NCBI GenBank assembly: GCA_964016885.1
Contig: OZ024740.1
Coordinates: 81,902,001-81,966,000 of the forward strand
Length of the DNA stretch: 64,000 nucleotides
Reading direction: 5' to 3'
From: Eledone cirrhosa
Taxonomy: Eukaryota
Part shown: positions 52,029 through 64,000 of the stretch, one piece after another
How positions within the stretch are numbered: the stretch's first letter is position 1
How the letters are laid out: each line of letters opens with the position of its first letter
The notes under the pieces: model-generated
What the model was told of the DNA's origin: nothing
What the model saw: only the letters and a program-made list of their open reading frames with translations
Databases searched by the model: none
Translations under genes and position numbers: made by a program

Positions 52029-52127
52029 TTGCGTATTTCTAAATATTGCGTATTTCTAAATATTGCATTGTTATCTAAATATTGCATTGTTATCTAAATA
52101 TTTCGTATTTCTAAATATTGCATTGTT
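52029..52127. repeat. 17-19-bp minisatellite (TTGCGTATTTCTAAATA / TTGCATTGTTATCTAAATA)
   Basis: About 5-6 imperfect tandem units. Confidence 0.85.
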
Positions 52128-53619
52128 TATAAGAGTTAGTTAGAAATTTCTGTAATATGTGAACAGCCACAGATACTCATAATCCTGTACACAACAGCTG
52201 CGCATGTTGTTTTTCATATAAATATGTATTGTTCACAAATGTTTGCACTTTAGTTTTTCTGTTTCTGATGGTTACGTATGAGGTAATTAACTATACATGA
52301 TTTACAAAAGTCTGTTACAACACTGTATTCTGTTCTCCCATTATTCCCGACATTAATATGGTTGATTTGAGACTTAAAGGAGAATCATGTTAAGGGTTCT
52401 ATTCGGGCCAATGTAAATTCATAAATTAAGAAATGCTGAAGTTTAATGGTATGCAGAATTCATGTTAAATGTATCTCAAGATAGTTGAGATTTATTGTTG
52501 ATTCAGTGCAGGAAGCATTTATTTGGATAGTTAAATAGAACATTTCTCAAAAGCAGTTCAAGAACGTCAAGTAAAATTTTAAATTTCTGTTTGCCTTACA
52601 AGTGTTTGTAAAATTAGTGTTGCTTCCGGGGTTGGATCTAACTACGTTTATTGGCTATAAACAAGTATTACATTAGATGTGAGCACTTTCAAGCAAGGCC
52701 ATGAAATTAATTATAAATAATTCAATAAAAAAGGCAGAAAAAAAATGAAAAAGGAAAATGAGAAGAATATCACTACAAATTATTGTCAACATTTATTGTC
52801 AAAATGTCCCCATCATTCAATGTCTCATTCTTCAAATTGATGCTCAAAGAATTTTCTTTTTACTCAGCAACATTAACCTAAAATAATGAACGTTTTGAAA
52901 ACATCAAGCCGTTAATATCACCTAGGACATTAATTGCATGAATTAGAATTTAAGAGAAGAGGTTTTTAACCGAACACCAGTGATACAGGTGCTGATGATG
53001 CTCATAATGAGAATATATCATTTTCTAAAACATAATATACGTTGTCTTTTTCTGTATATAATATGATCCATAGGGATTTCATATTGATATTTATAATTTT
53101 CAATTCATTTGTATTTTGGTTTCATTCTTTCCAAAATGTAATACTAGCACATGCTAAAGTTTGGCAAATTTTCAGTTGATGGATAATTTCAAACATACCC
53201 TTCAACCAAATCTGGTGTAGAGTTGAAATGTATGCACGCATGGACAATGTATATCGCAAGCAGAGATAGTCGACTTGACTAATAGGAATGTAGGTCATCA
53301 GACTTGGTTTCATCGGACTTTACCTTTTCTACCGCTTCCGTACTGACGTTTTCCAATCGGAAACAAATGGTTTGAATTCTCCGCAATTTTAGCCTTTCAG
53401 ATTCACCTGTCTCGTCGGCCATATTGTTTATGCATAGCAATTATACACTGATCACTTCATCACACCATTCCGTCATAGTTGTTCAAGAAGAACATCAATC
53501 ACATCGACGCCTCAATTGTGGGGGAGGAAGCGAAGGAATGCTTCACACCACCTTTCTTATGCCCAGACACACACACACTCACTCACACATGCATATACAT
53601 ATGTATGTATATATGTGTT

Positions 53620-53667
<48 letters not shown>

Positions 53668-53669
<2 letters not shown>

Positions 53670-55250
53670 GATAAATCTACCAAAATATACGGTAGTGTCC
53701 AATCCGTATGAATAACTCAATGTAATCCACATAGTATGAAAAGAGAAGATGCATTCAACAATTTTCGATGAAAATCATAGGAAAACAGAGTCAAGATAAA
53801 TTAATAAAACAATGAAATAAAAACCAAGAACAAGTTCCTTATATTAAACAAATTCATCATTTTACGATCGTTTCTATGATGTATATGTGTGTTGGTATGT
53901 ATATCATATAGATCTATGTAAAAATATTACAAATTATGAGAGGAAATATACATACCTTCACATATACACGCTGTCTTCAGAAATGATGAGATTTGTTTAT
54001 TGAAAAAAACCAACAAAGACTTAATATAAAAGGTCTGTTTGGGAACAGGTTTTGAACGGACCAATAGAAAAGTAGTTAGAGGTCAAGTTGATAGAATAGT
54101 GGTAGTAGAAATTTCATTTAGGGATAGAGGAATGCAGACTTATGTTTTGAATGAAAATAATACTTTGGGGATGAAAAGAGGTCAACACAGTGAAGGGTAC
54201 ACGAAAATTTGATGTTATTAAAGAATAATGTTAAAAACGAAGGAAAATAAAATTTTAGGGTAAGGGTATTAGTGAGAAATACCAATCTTATTTAAACCAC
54301 AAGGAATCTAGATCTATAACAAGAAATTAAATTTATTGATAGGTATACTTGTAAGGATAAATTTATATTAATTCATATGATTGTGATAAATAAGAATTAA
54401 ATGATATTAAAGAGTGTTGTTAAAAAACCAAGGAAAGTAAAATTTGGGGATAAGGGTAGTAGTGAGAAAAACCAATATTTTATAAACTACAAGGAATCTA
54501 GATTCATAACATGAAATTAAATTAATTTATAGGTATACTTTTAGGTATTAATTTTAGGAAAAGAGAGCTGTAAGAGGGAAATAAAATGATGATGTTCTCT
54601 GTTGTAAAGTACTTATTATAGGTTAACTAAATTATAAAAACTAATTATAATAATATGTAAAATATAAGTGTAAAGTGTATATTAATTAGTTTTATAATAT
54701 TTGAAGGTTCTTCTAATTCTATGATTGCAAGATATAATTAATTCCTGTCGCTTATTTAAAAGGATATCCTTAGATTTCATGATTTCAAAAGTTCCTGGGA
54801 GCATAATCTACACCCGTATCAGTTATTTTGTTAAAAAGGTGGCTCTTTTGAGCAACTCCACGTCAGGTTGTAATCGATATTCTTCTTTCTATAATTATTA
54901 ATTGTTTCAGCTCCTATATATGAGTGGAGTCCTTAGTGCTAATTTTACATTTATAGACTATGTTATTAATAAGACAATTTCCCTTTAATGGGTAATTTCT
55001 TTTGATTCTACAGTTACAACCATTCATGAATATTATATCATGAGAGTTATCAAATCTGGTGTTGAATTTACTCGACTTGTTATAGGTGAAGGAGATTGTG
55101 GTTTGTTGCGGTTTATATTAGTATTATAGTTGGTTTGATGTGTTGGTGCTATATTTGTGGATTTCTTACATTTATATGCGTTGTACGCACTTATATTGAG
55201 TTGTATAATTTTGACAATCCAGTTAGAGAATCGTAGTCTGATGTTCTTTA
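53668..55250 (-). mobile_element. Penelope-like 3' fragment (GIY-YIG relic + pLTR)
   Basis: GCNCRIKRNYPLKGNCLINNIVYKCKI..YIG..CRLC..LLNKRQELIISCNH on -; ~185-bp internal duplication at 54230-54550; ends at (TA)n. Confidence 0.8.
53854..53989 (-). ncRNA. Type-I hammerhead ribozyme with exact core and long stem II
   Basis: TCATCATTT-CTGAAGA-[~100 nt hairpin]-GAAA-CGATCG-TA-AAATGATGA: 9-bp stem I, palindromic stem III, GUA cleavage triplet. Confidence 0.8.
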
Positions 55251-55254
55251 GTTC

Positions 55255-56113
55255 AATACAGGAGGCTGTGACGTTTCACGAAACGACATTGAATACTAAA
55301 GAACATCGGACTACGATTCTCTAACTGGATTCTCAAACGCTCAATATAGAATTGCCGTGGAATATGTGAGGGGCATATAATCGAAGAATACACTCCCCTG
55401 ACCATGAAAATGTCGAAGTACATGGGATCCTTGTCATCCCTTCGCTGTGCATCTCCAATACGTTTAATACTTTTAATGCTTGCACTATTTTTAATGCTCA
55501 TATCTTTTCTCCACACACAGACTATAACAATCATATAAAGAATTTCCCACCAGATCAACCAACCTAACACTCTTCTTTACCTACCTAAGTGCTCCTACCA
55601 CACATATCTCTCTGCCACACTATATAAACAAGACGCACGTGCTTGCCACACATATAACATTTGCACTATATAACCGCTTATCTTCATGTTGTATTTTAAC
55701 CTGTATTTTTGATTTTTGATTGTACCTTTTATTATGAATGTAATCTCGAAGTGTGTACTGCCACTCTAAATGCTGTAATGAATGTTGACCCACAATATTT
55801 GCATATGTATCGGTATGTCTCTTGGCTGAAAAGGAGGTCATATAACTGTCCATTCATTAATAAATTGCTCCGAAGAATCCAAACCTCGGTTTGGAGGAAA
55901 CAGCTGTAAGCACAAGAATGTTTTGAACAGTTCTTTGATTCTTATATTTCATATAGCTCTGTAAATCATCTGATGTTTTTACATTGAGCTACTTAACTTA
56001 CTGGTAATAAGCTAGTAATACATTACTGCCTACCACTATTTAGGGTTTGTATAAAAAATGCATATAACTGCTAAAGGTTTTTGTATTTTCATAACCATAA
56101 ATAGTACAATTAA

Positions 56114-56116
<3 letters not shown>
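55255..56116 (+). mobile_element. Second Penelope-like 3' tail (different family), opposite orientation
   Basis: IQEAV..HETTLNTKEH-like GIY-YIG end, UTR with hammerhead, ends in a long (TA)n. Confidence 0.6.
55866..55912 (+). ncRNA. Minimal type-I hammerhead ribozyme (position-4 C variant)
   Basis: TGCT-CCGAAGA-A TCCAAAC CTCG GTTTGGA G-GAAA-CAGCTG-TA-AGCA. Confidence 0.75.
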
Positions 56117-56207
<91 letters not shown>

Positions 56208-56339
56208 CGAAGGCTAAATGTTTTATCATGCACCGTATTTCTGGAATGCTATGGCTACGTCATGATGTCATGAGGCAGTACATGATATGATGTTTTCAGA
56301 TAGCTTATTAGGTAATCCATTTGTACGGCACAGTAATGT

Positions 56340-57520
56340 ATTGATATATTGATATAGAGGGGCGTTTGATGTTATTCCACAATAGATTATTATTCTCCCC
56401 TTATCGTTTCAATTTCTTCCTCAATTTCTATTTTCCATGGTGGCTTTTTGTGAGTGCTGTGTTCTTTTCATTTTTTCATTCACCCACATTTCCTTTGTAT
56501 TCCCGTTGCTGCTGTATAAATAACATAATTCTATTGTGATATATCAGGCTCCATCTCTTCAGTGATTGCTTCAACAGCTTGATTTTCAGTTCTTGTGTGT
56601 ATTTTGTTCGGATTTTGGCTGTCAAAGACCCTCTTTCACCCATACTATTGCTTTTAATTTCAAGTTGAGAATTTTTTTTTTTTGTTTGTTTATTCTATCC
56701 GATAAATGTGTTCATGAGTAGAAATTTCCTCATCCATATTGTCAATCTGTCTTTCAGCTTGACCCTGCTGATTTGTGCTTCGTCGCATACCTTCGGTAAT
56801 CTATGACATCTCTCTTGGAGACAACATCGTCAATACTGTTTGTGGTTTCTCCTCTATCATATAATCACATTCATTTCTAACCCTTTCTGAATTTGGTATT
56901 ATCAAATGTTTTTCAACATTCTTCTTAATTTCATTAATCTCTGCATCTGTTAGTCGCTTGTTTCTAAGTATATCTATTCTTACATTTCCAAGTTTGTTTT
57001 CGTCCACGTTTGGTCACATTTCTGGATTTCTTTTCCTCTGTACCCTAGAAGAAGTCACCGTGTGTTTATATTCCGATAGTTGGCTCCATGAGTGATACAA
57101 TGCGTATATCACTTTTGTAGACTCTATTTGTGTTCATTTGATACATTGAGGTTTTTGTCTTCCATACGGTTCTTGTCCTGAAGGGCTTGGGTTGAGATTA
57201 GTCTGGTTCAAGTGAACATTCAAGTCCGTATTTGGAGAAGAGTTCGTCTCAGCTGCAGGCATTTCAACCCTAAACTGATTCCTCCCTGCATGCCTCGATC
57301 CTTGTTGACACAGGTGACAACCAATCAGCTATGTGCTTTTGTCTGTAGATATTGTGGGGCTTTATTTTGTTTCTTTATGCGTTTTATCCTTATCCACAAT
57401 GAGGTAATTTCGCTTAAGTTACCTCTTCTAGGACTATTATCAACCAAGATTAGTGGGCTCGTCTTGCCCATGAGGAAGAGCTACTCTCCACCGGCTGACA
57501 ACCAGTTATTGCTTGGCCAT
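56340..57520 (-). pseudogene. Old R4/Dong-type 5' region (N-terminal domain relic, third family)
   Basis: DENKLGNVRIDILRNKRLTDAEINEIK and KPPWK.EIEEEI resemble DEQKLAGQARVIRTNGWISELELEEL and EPWWKKRLSGQI. Confidence 0.65.
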
Positions 57521-57681
57521 GAATTTTATTATGTGATGTATTTAATTATTTCTCCATGTAAAGCTTTTGTGGTTAATAAAGAAATGTTTACCACCATCCT
57601 TATTAATCCCATTATTATTATTATGAATATAGAAACCATTATTATTCTTATGAATATTATTAGGGTGGTGGATTGACTTTA

Positions 57682-57790
57682 CCGGTAGAGGGTCGAACGT
57701 TACCTCCCTTTACGTTCTGAGTTCAAATCGTGCTGAGGTCAACTTTACGTTTCATCTTTACGGGGTTGATCAATAAAGCACCAGTAATCC
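57682..57790 (+). mobile_element. SINE copy (same family as 16292)
   Basis: CCCTTTACGTTCTGAGTTCAAATC...GAGGTCAACTTTAC...CGGGGTTGAT. Confidence 0.7.
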
Positions 57791-57884
57791 AATTCATATA
57801 GCTGTCCCTGGTTCGTTGTTATTATGAATTTGATATATCATCATTGATCTTATATATCTGGAAAATATAGCCCTGATAAATATC

Positions 57885-58330
57885 GAGCCGCTACTCATAG
57901 CCTCAGATATTCAAGATGTATGGTAATCTCCTTGCCTTTCTCTGTTAGAATGAGTTTTGACGTGTTTCAAAACGTGACTGGATTAATTCTATTTGGAAAA
58001 CCTTGGGAAATCATACTGACAGTACCTACGGCTTTTTTAACGATGGGGATGACCTTCATCTCATGATAGACCCAATTCCTTTTTAGTGCTCAATTTAAAT
58101 GATGGTATCGGTTAATTTTCTCCATTTCCTATCTTCGCCCTCTTGTGACAATGGGGCACGCTACATCAGTAATCAAGCAAGATCATGTTTCCTTGTCAAA
58201 GCCCAACAGATTAGACCTATTTTGTTCTAATTCTTTATCTGTTTGTATCCTTAAATACCAGCAACACCTTAACCCAATCGTTTTCTCTCAGCGACTCTGG
58301 CCAACGTTCTTACCACTTTATTGGTAAGTG
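57885..58330 (-). pseudogene. Old Dong-A-like RLE 3' relic
   Basis: Colinear with 42470-42905 (GCCTCAGATATTCA stop context, GGTATCGGTTAATTTTCTC, DVACP). Confidence 0.75.
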
Positions 58331-58379
58331 CAACCTTATATTGCTATACTGAAAATAGCAGCCACTCAATTATAATTGT

Positions 58380-61030
58380 TGTTCACGTCCAAATTTTCAA
58401 CATAGTGAGTAAGTTACTCTTGAAATAGTTCTTAATATATAGAGAAAAACATTTTTTTTGAATTGTATTTACTAGTATAGAGAGATAGGAAGAGGAATTA
58501 GAAGGTGAGGGGACAAATGGAATAGTATAGAGAGAGAGGAAGGGGTGAAGAGTTAGGAAGTAGAGTGACAAACTGAGATGGAGGGAGGGGTAGATGTGGA
58601 AGGATTCCTTGATCAGTTTTGATATGTAGACTTCATGTCGTGGAATGTAGTGAGTTAAAGAGAATTAAATTGATCATAGTGCGAGGGATGGATAGAGAGA
58701 GAGAGAGAGAGTGGGGGAGATATAAAGAGATAAATATATATATAAAAAATAACGATAAAGATAATAATGACAAAAATAAAAGCAAAGAGTTGGGGAGAAA
58801 GAAGAAACGAAAATATAGCCAAAAAGGGGAGGGAAGGAAGGAAGAAAACGAAGAAATAGAAGAGGAATGAAGGAGAGGGGAGGGATATAGGTATTGGTTT
58901 TTGTGGGTAATTAAAAGGGTTTAGATACAATAAGAGCGTATAAAGTCTAAGTATATGCAGTTTGTCAGTTGGTAGTAAGAGGTTAAGGGTTCGATGTGCA
59001 CTTGTAGTGCGAAAGCTTTTCTTTGAGTCTATGGTTACAATAAATTGATCTTTCGATGTTATTGTTGAGTAACTTATACTTCGAACTCAAAATATGGAAC
59101 AGCTCAAGGTTACATAATCGACAGCTTCTTATACCACTCCGATATGGGGGCGCGTTTGATAATGTTTTCCACTTCAGGGTGTATTGATGGCTACTTTACC
59201 TCAGTTGCCAGGCTTGTTTGCAAGGATAGTTACGGATGCCTTTGAATAGGACTTACTGAAGATGATTATGAAGAGGTTAATACTAATAGAGGTGTTAAAT
59301 ATGGGGTTATACCAAATATATTTTCTACTGCGTGACTTGTTTGATTTCGATGTTGTATTTCTATTTACCGTATAATTTGTAGTTCTATGCGTAAGTGCGT
59401 GTGTGCGTGTGTTTCTGGAGTTTGTGTTATGCGTGTTCGTGTGCGCCTTGCGGAGGCTTTCATCTCTATATACTACTCTATCTAAGTGGCCTGCCTTGTC
59501 TAATGCAGTATTGTAGAATTCTGCCTGTTCCTCGAAGATTTGTCGGTTAGACGAGAGGCGGGAGATCCTGAGGAATGTGCTGCGTGGAATGGATTTAATT
59601 ATGGATAATGGGTGGTTTGAGTTACAGTTGATGTATGCTAAGTTTTCATTAATCTTGTGAAAAGGTCTTATAAGTCCCGTATTTAGGTTAAGCGTCGCGT
59701 CTAGAAAGTTAACTGTTTTAGTGCTATACTCATACGTTATACTAAGGCTTAGTTTCCCGAGAGTCTTTCTAATATTCTTGCGGAGTCTTTCTATGCTCTG
59801 GTTATTTAGGTTCTTAACTAGGAGAAGGGCGTCGTCTCTGTAGATACCACCGTGAAGGTCGCTAAACTCACTCTGTAAACAATGGGCTATGTAAATACCT
59901 ACTAAATCTGTGACTTGACCCGAGTCGCTAGCCCCCATCGTGATGTCAAAGTTATTTAATCTATCCTTACGTTCCCAATAGGCGTTTTCAAATGTTATTA
60001 TTGTTTTCCTAGCAGCTAATATGATGTTTATCTCGTCGACTGTTAGGTCAGAATTGGCTTTGGCGAATACAAGGCTTTATCCAAGGTGTTGGGGGATATA
60101 GAGGAGTAATGGTCGTTAATGTCCAATGGTATAAATTTAGATACTTTTTTGTTAGCTATTTTGTTAAACCACTTAATTGTTTCGGTAGCGTTACCCCATA
60201 GTTTAATCACTAGTTTATTCTTCATTTGTGCTATCACTCTGTCTAATATATGTTTACTAATTTTCCCGATGTCTGATTTGGACTGGCATATAAGTCTAAT
60301 TGTGGGGTTATAATCAAAATTTACCTTGTGGTCCTTCAGTTTAAATGTGGGGATATATGGCCTAAGTGACTCCGTTCTGTCGTCTATTCCTAGGTGTTTG
60401 ACTATATTGTGTGCCTCGTTGTTGATGTTTATCAGTGCCGCCTCATTGTTTTTTTTGTATTTCCTATGTAATTCTTTCCGTATGAAGCTAGTTTATGTAT
60501 TAACATCCATCGTATACACATTTGAGGTTGTGTCCGCTTTGACAATAATTCCATTGGTAGTTCGCAGCTTTTTTAGGAATCTATTTATGTCATTCTGGAG
60601 TTTATTATTCCTCCGCCTTTTGAATTTGATATTCATAATCATCTTCAGTAAGTGCTGTACACAGGCATCAGTAACAACCCTTACAAACAAGACCTGGCAA
60701 CTGAGGGAAAGTAACCACCAATACACCCTGAAGTGGAAACAATTATCGAACGCGCTCCCATATCGGAGTGGTATGAGAAGCTGTCGATTATGTGACCTTG
60801 AGCTGTTCCACATTTTGAGTTCGAAGAATAAAACAATAAAATCGAAAGATCAATTTATTGTAACCATAGACTCAAAGAAAAGTGTTCGCACTACAAGTGA
60901 AAATCGAACCCTTAACCTCTTACTACCAACTGACAAACTGCATATACTTAGACTTTATACTCACTTATTGTATCTAAACCGTTTTAATTACCCACAAAAA
61001 CCAATACCTATATCCCTCCCTACTCCTTCT
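58380..61030 (-). mobile_element. Penelope-like element with YRDD-type RT and inverted GIY-YIG tail
   Basis: ADT (ADK-like), PTIRLI, LDI..YSSI, FDITMGASDSGQVTDLVGIY, IYRDDA, VNFLD, NSNHP, IWYNP; 58870-59272 inverted at 60632-61030. Confidence 0.9.
59201..60630 (-). pseudogene. PLE RT domain (frameshifted; linker and first half of GIY-YIG deleted)
   Basis: ORF pieces 60493-60813, 60043-60237 and 59201-59938. Confidence 0.88.
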
Positions 61031-61709
61031 GTCAGAAAGGTGCGAAACGTGCCTTCCGATGTTCGTTGTTGTGAAAATCTGAGTTATTCAGCAGAGTGCG
61101 CGTGCGCGTGAAATGGGTTCGGTCAAGCAGAGGTCAGCGGCCGAAATAGTTCTTTCAATTGTGGGAGTGGGGTGGCGTTAGCTGTCAGTCCATAGTATTC
61201 TCTGCCTGTTTGGTGAATGTTACTGTGTGTGTGTGTGTGCGTGTGTTGTTGTCTCGCTTGAATGTGTGCATGTGCGTGTGTTGTTGCCTTGTTCCTCTGT
61301 ATTGGCAGTGTAGTATGTTCGTATGGTGGAATCCTACTCTGTGTGTGTGTGTGTATGTGTGTACGTGTGTTGCTGCATCGTTTGTTAACTTAAACCAAAC
61401 ACCTCATTTCGCTTCTCTCGGATCGTTTGTTTAATTGTCGCCCTAGGCATTTGAAAATGCGTGAGATCCTTGGTACTGTTAAGTATATTTGAAAAAATAG
61501 AAAAGAAGGACTTCACTTGTAGTTCTAAACAATTTCCACCGCTACCGATGAATGCGGGGAAATTCTCTAAGGGAGTTAACCAGGAATCTTTAAAATTCTT
61601 CCCACTGAAGTTACAAAGAAGTTACTAGATCTACCATCTCATCATATTATAATATGATAAAATAAAATCAAATGATTTAGAACTACGAGTGAAGTTGTTC
61701 TCTTCCTTT

Positions 61710-61880
<171 letters not shown>

Positions 61881-62088
61881 ACTTAGAATTTACACTCAAT
61901 GGGGTCATTTACAATTATTTTAGCTCTAAGAATCACTTCTGAGCAGTATAAATTAATATATGATAAACACTTACGTGTTTTTGTTGAAATTGACAATAAA
62001 ATAGCTAGAATGAAATATCTTAATTCAAATACATATAGTCTGCCTGTGTCGATCTAAAAAATAATAAATCAATACTCACAAACACATA

Positions 62089-62573
62089 TCACAACCAGTG
62101 ACCTCAAGAGACAACAAGGTCCGCCATGTTCAAGAAAGAACATACATACTCACACATGCATATTTAGTGTTTAGACTTGTGATGTACTTATATTGACAGA
62201 ATCTTCCTTAGTATATGGGCAGTTCCCATTAGTACTATCTTTTGTATTTCTCCTATACGCGGGTTTCCTGGGATTTGCGATAAGTAATCATTAGAACCCT
62301 TAGGTATCATTCCCAAAGCGCCTACAACCACTGGTATTGTTTTAGTTCTCAATTTCCACATTTTTCCAATTTCTATCTCCAGGTCCTTATACTTGCTCAA
62401 TTTTTCAAATGTTTTTATAGATACATTCTTGTCTATTGGAACAGACATATCAATTAGCAGGCATACCCTATTTTTAAAGTCCTTCAATATTATATCAGGT
62501 CTATTCGCAAGTATTTTTCGGTCTGTTTGGATGCTACAGTTCCACAAGATAGAGATGTGATCTTTTTCAAGTA

Positions 62574-62574
<1 letters not shown>
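62089..62574 (-). mobile_element. R4/Dong-type family B, copy 4 (RLE end only)
   Basis: ORF 62188-62547 nearly identical to the C-terminus of 47433-48371. Confidence 0.93.
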
Positions 62575-62604
<30 letters not shown>

Positions 62605-64000
62605 GGCGACCTACGTAGTAAATCGTATCATCGTGAGCTCCGCAAAGGTTTGTTATTTCCGTTTGTTAAAAATTGCCATTTATGGAAAATTTTATTGTTA
62701 ACTGTTTATAAGCACACATACATTGTTTTCCGAAAAGGACACCCAAAAAGATTGGGGCCTTGTGCCCAAAATTTTAACTTTTATTATTATCCAAAAATTT
62801 CTTTGAATATAAATGGCTAATTCCTCTCTGCACGAAGCAGCTGAAAGCCTTCCTCACAAAATAACACCTCACACCGACATCACCATTGTAAATGTTACTA
62901 CGTTTGCCAACACAAAAAAAAATATAAGCAGTAGCAATATTTTAAATTTGTCTCAGGCAGACATTAATTTCCCGCCATTACCAATGACTGCAGGTGTTAA
63001 AGCCTCCACCACCACCACCACCGCGACAACCACCACCCCCACCACCACCGCGACAACAGAAACAAAAGAAGAACAAAATAAATTAACTCGTGATGTCGAA
63101 ATGAAATCAAGCAAAATTGACTCTTCCGCACCAAAGATGACTGACGTCACCACCACCACAACTGAAACTAAAATTAATATTAACACAAATAACGATAGCA
63201 ACAACAACAACAATGACATTATAAAACCGACCCTCAGTTTCGCCATAGTAGCAAAACAATTCGAAGCATTCACGGTAAATCAAGAGGATTTAGAAAATGC
63301 CAAACAAATGGTAAAGAAAGATGGGTACAGGGTCAGCCTCACCCCCCCACCTAATAAAATGGAGCATCGGCGCCTATGCACCGTGTCGTATAGAACAATA
63401 AATGTAAAATCGCGCCGAGTGGAACGGGCATCCGAGTCCCAAATCCAAAAAGCTTTGGGACATGTGTGGGCAAGAAAAACCCACATCAGTCGTGGGCAAA
63501 AGTATGGAACCGTGGATGTGTTCTTTGAAACACCAGAGGAGGCTAGAGAACACTCCATGGCCCCATTAAAGAGTGACGACTTCACACTCGTCCCAAGCTA
63601 TTGTGGCCAGAGACTCGTAAAGATCAGGGTGACCCACGTTCCACCGGCCATCGAAATTCCCTGGCTAATAGCGGCTGTCCTCGCCGGCATCGAAGCCAAC
63701 ACGAAAATAATAGCAATAGCAAAAGAAAGCAGGAAAACTGGTCCGGATCTGGGATGGAGCTCCTAATCCAAGCGGACCAAAAAAGCATTGAGGAGATCCC
63801 AGAAGTAATAGACCTCACTGACGGCAGCCATCTCACGGTAATTGTCGAGGGCAGAAGACCTAGGAGTGTCGTTTGTGGTGAAGGAGCCCACCTAAGGGCT
63901 TTCTGCCCTCAGGCTAAAAGGTTGAGGCCACCTCTCCTACCCACCCCAGTGACACAACCATCAACACCACCAGTAGCAGAGATGGCAGCAACAACTGTAG
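62605..64000 (+). mobile_element. Tx1 subfamily B, second full-length 5' end (runs off the window)
   Basis: (ATT)n|GGCGAC start; ORF1 from 62813 open ~305 codons before a frameshift near 63725. Confidence 0.95.

Noticed and set aside
53190-53410. Possible first exon with AG|GTATGT-like donor and hydrophobic stretch on -
   Set aside because: The hydrophobic frame has an upstream stop and no ATG; nothing else supports a gene
57400-57520. HDV-like ribozyme in an old Dong-type 5' UTR (TCCTCAT, GG, hairpin, CTAA on -)
   Set aside because: P1, P2 and P3 could not be assembled in the required order
54740-60800. Selenocysteine (in-frame UGA) in Naiad-like GIY-YIG cysteine motifs
   Set aside because: The CNCR and CRLC cysteines visible here are encoded by TGT/TGC

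Overview
AT-rich, microsatellite-dense animal genomic DNA. The SINE and LINE make-up recalls an octopus/cephalopod genome, but that is recognition from memory, not a search. No host gene, rRNA, tRNA gene or CRISPR array is supportable; the window is a retroelement landscape. (1) A ~28-kb nest (21.4-49.4 kb, with a second starting at 62.1 kb) holds two unrelated non-LTR retrotransposon classes stacked into one shared (TAA)n/(ATT)n microsatellite target with strictly opposite polarity. APE-type Tx1/L1-clade elements are always on +; restriction-like-endonuclease (RLE) R4/Dong-type elements are always on -. One Dong-type copy is full length with an intact 1130-aa ORF (42488-45880). (2) Several Penelope-like (GIY-YIG) elements and small non-coding derivatives sit in (TA)n tracts, with inverted ends and at least five recognisable minimal hammerhead-ribozyme motifs. 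One has an exact catalytic core and a ~100-nt stem II (53854-53989, -). (3) Also present: a non-autonomous Helitron, tRNA-derived SINEs and old RTE/CR1 fragments. Element boundaries were read by eye and are approximate except where junction sequence is quoted.
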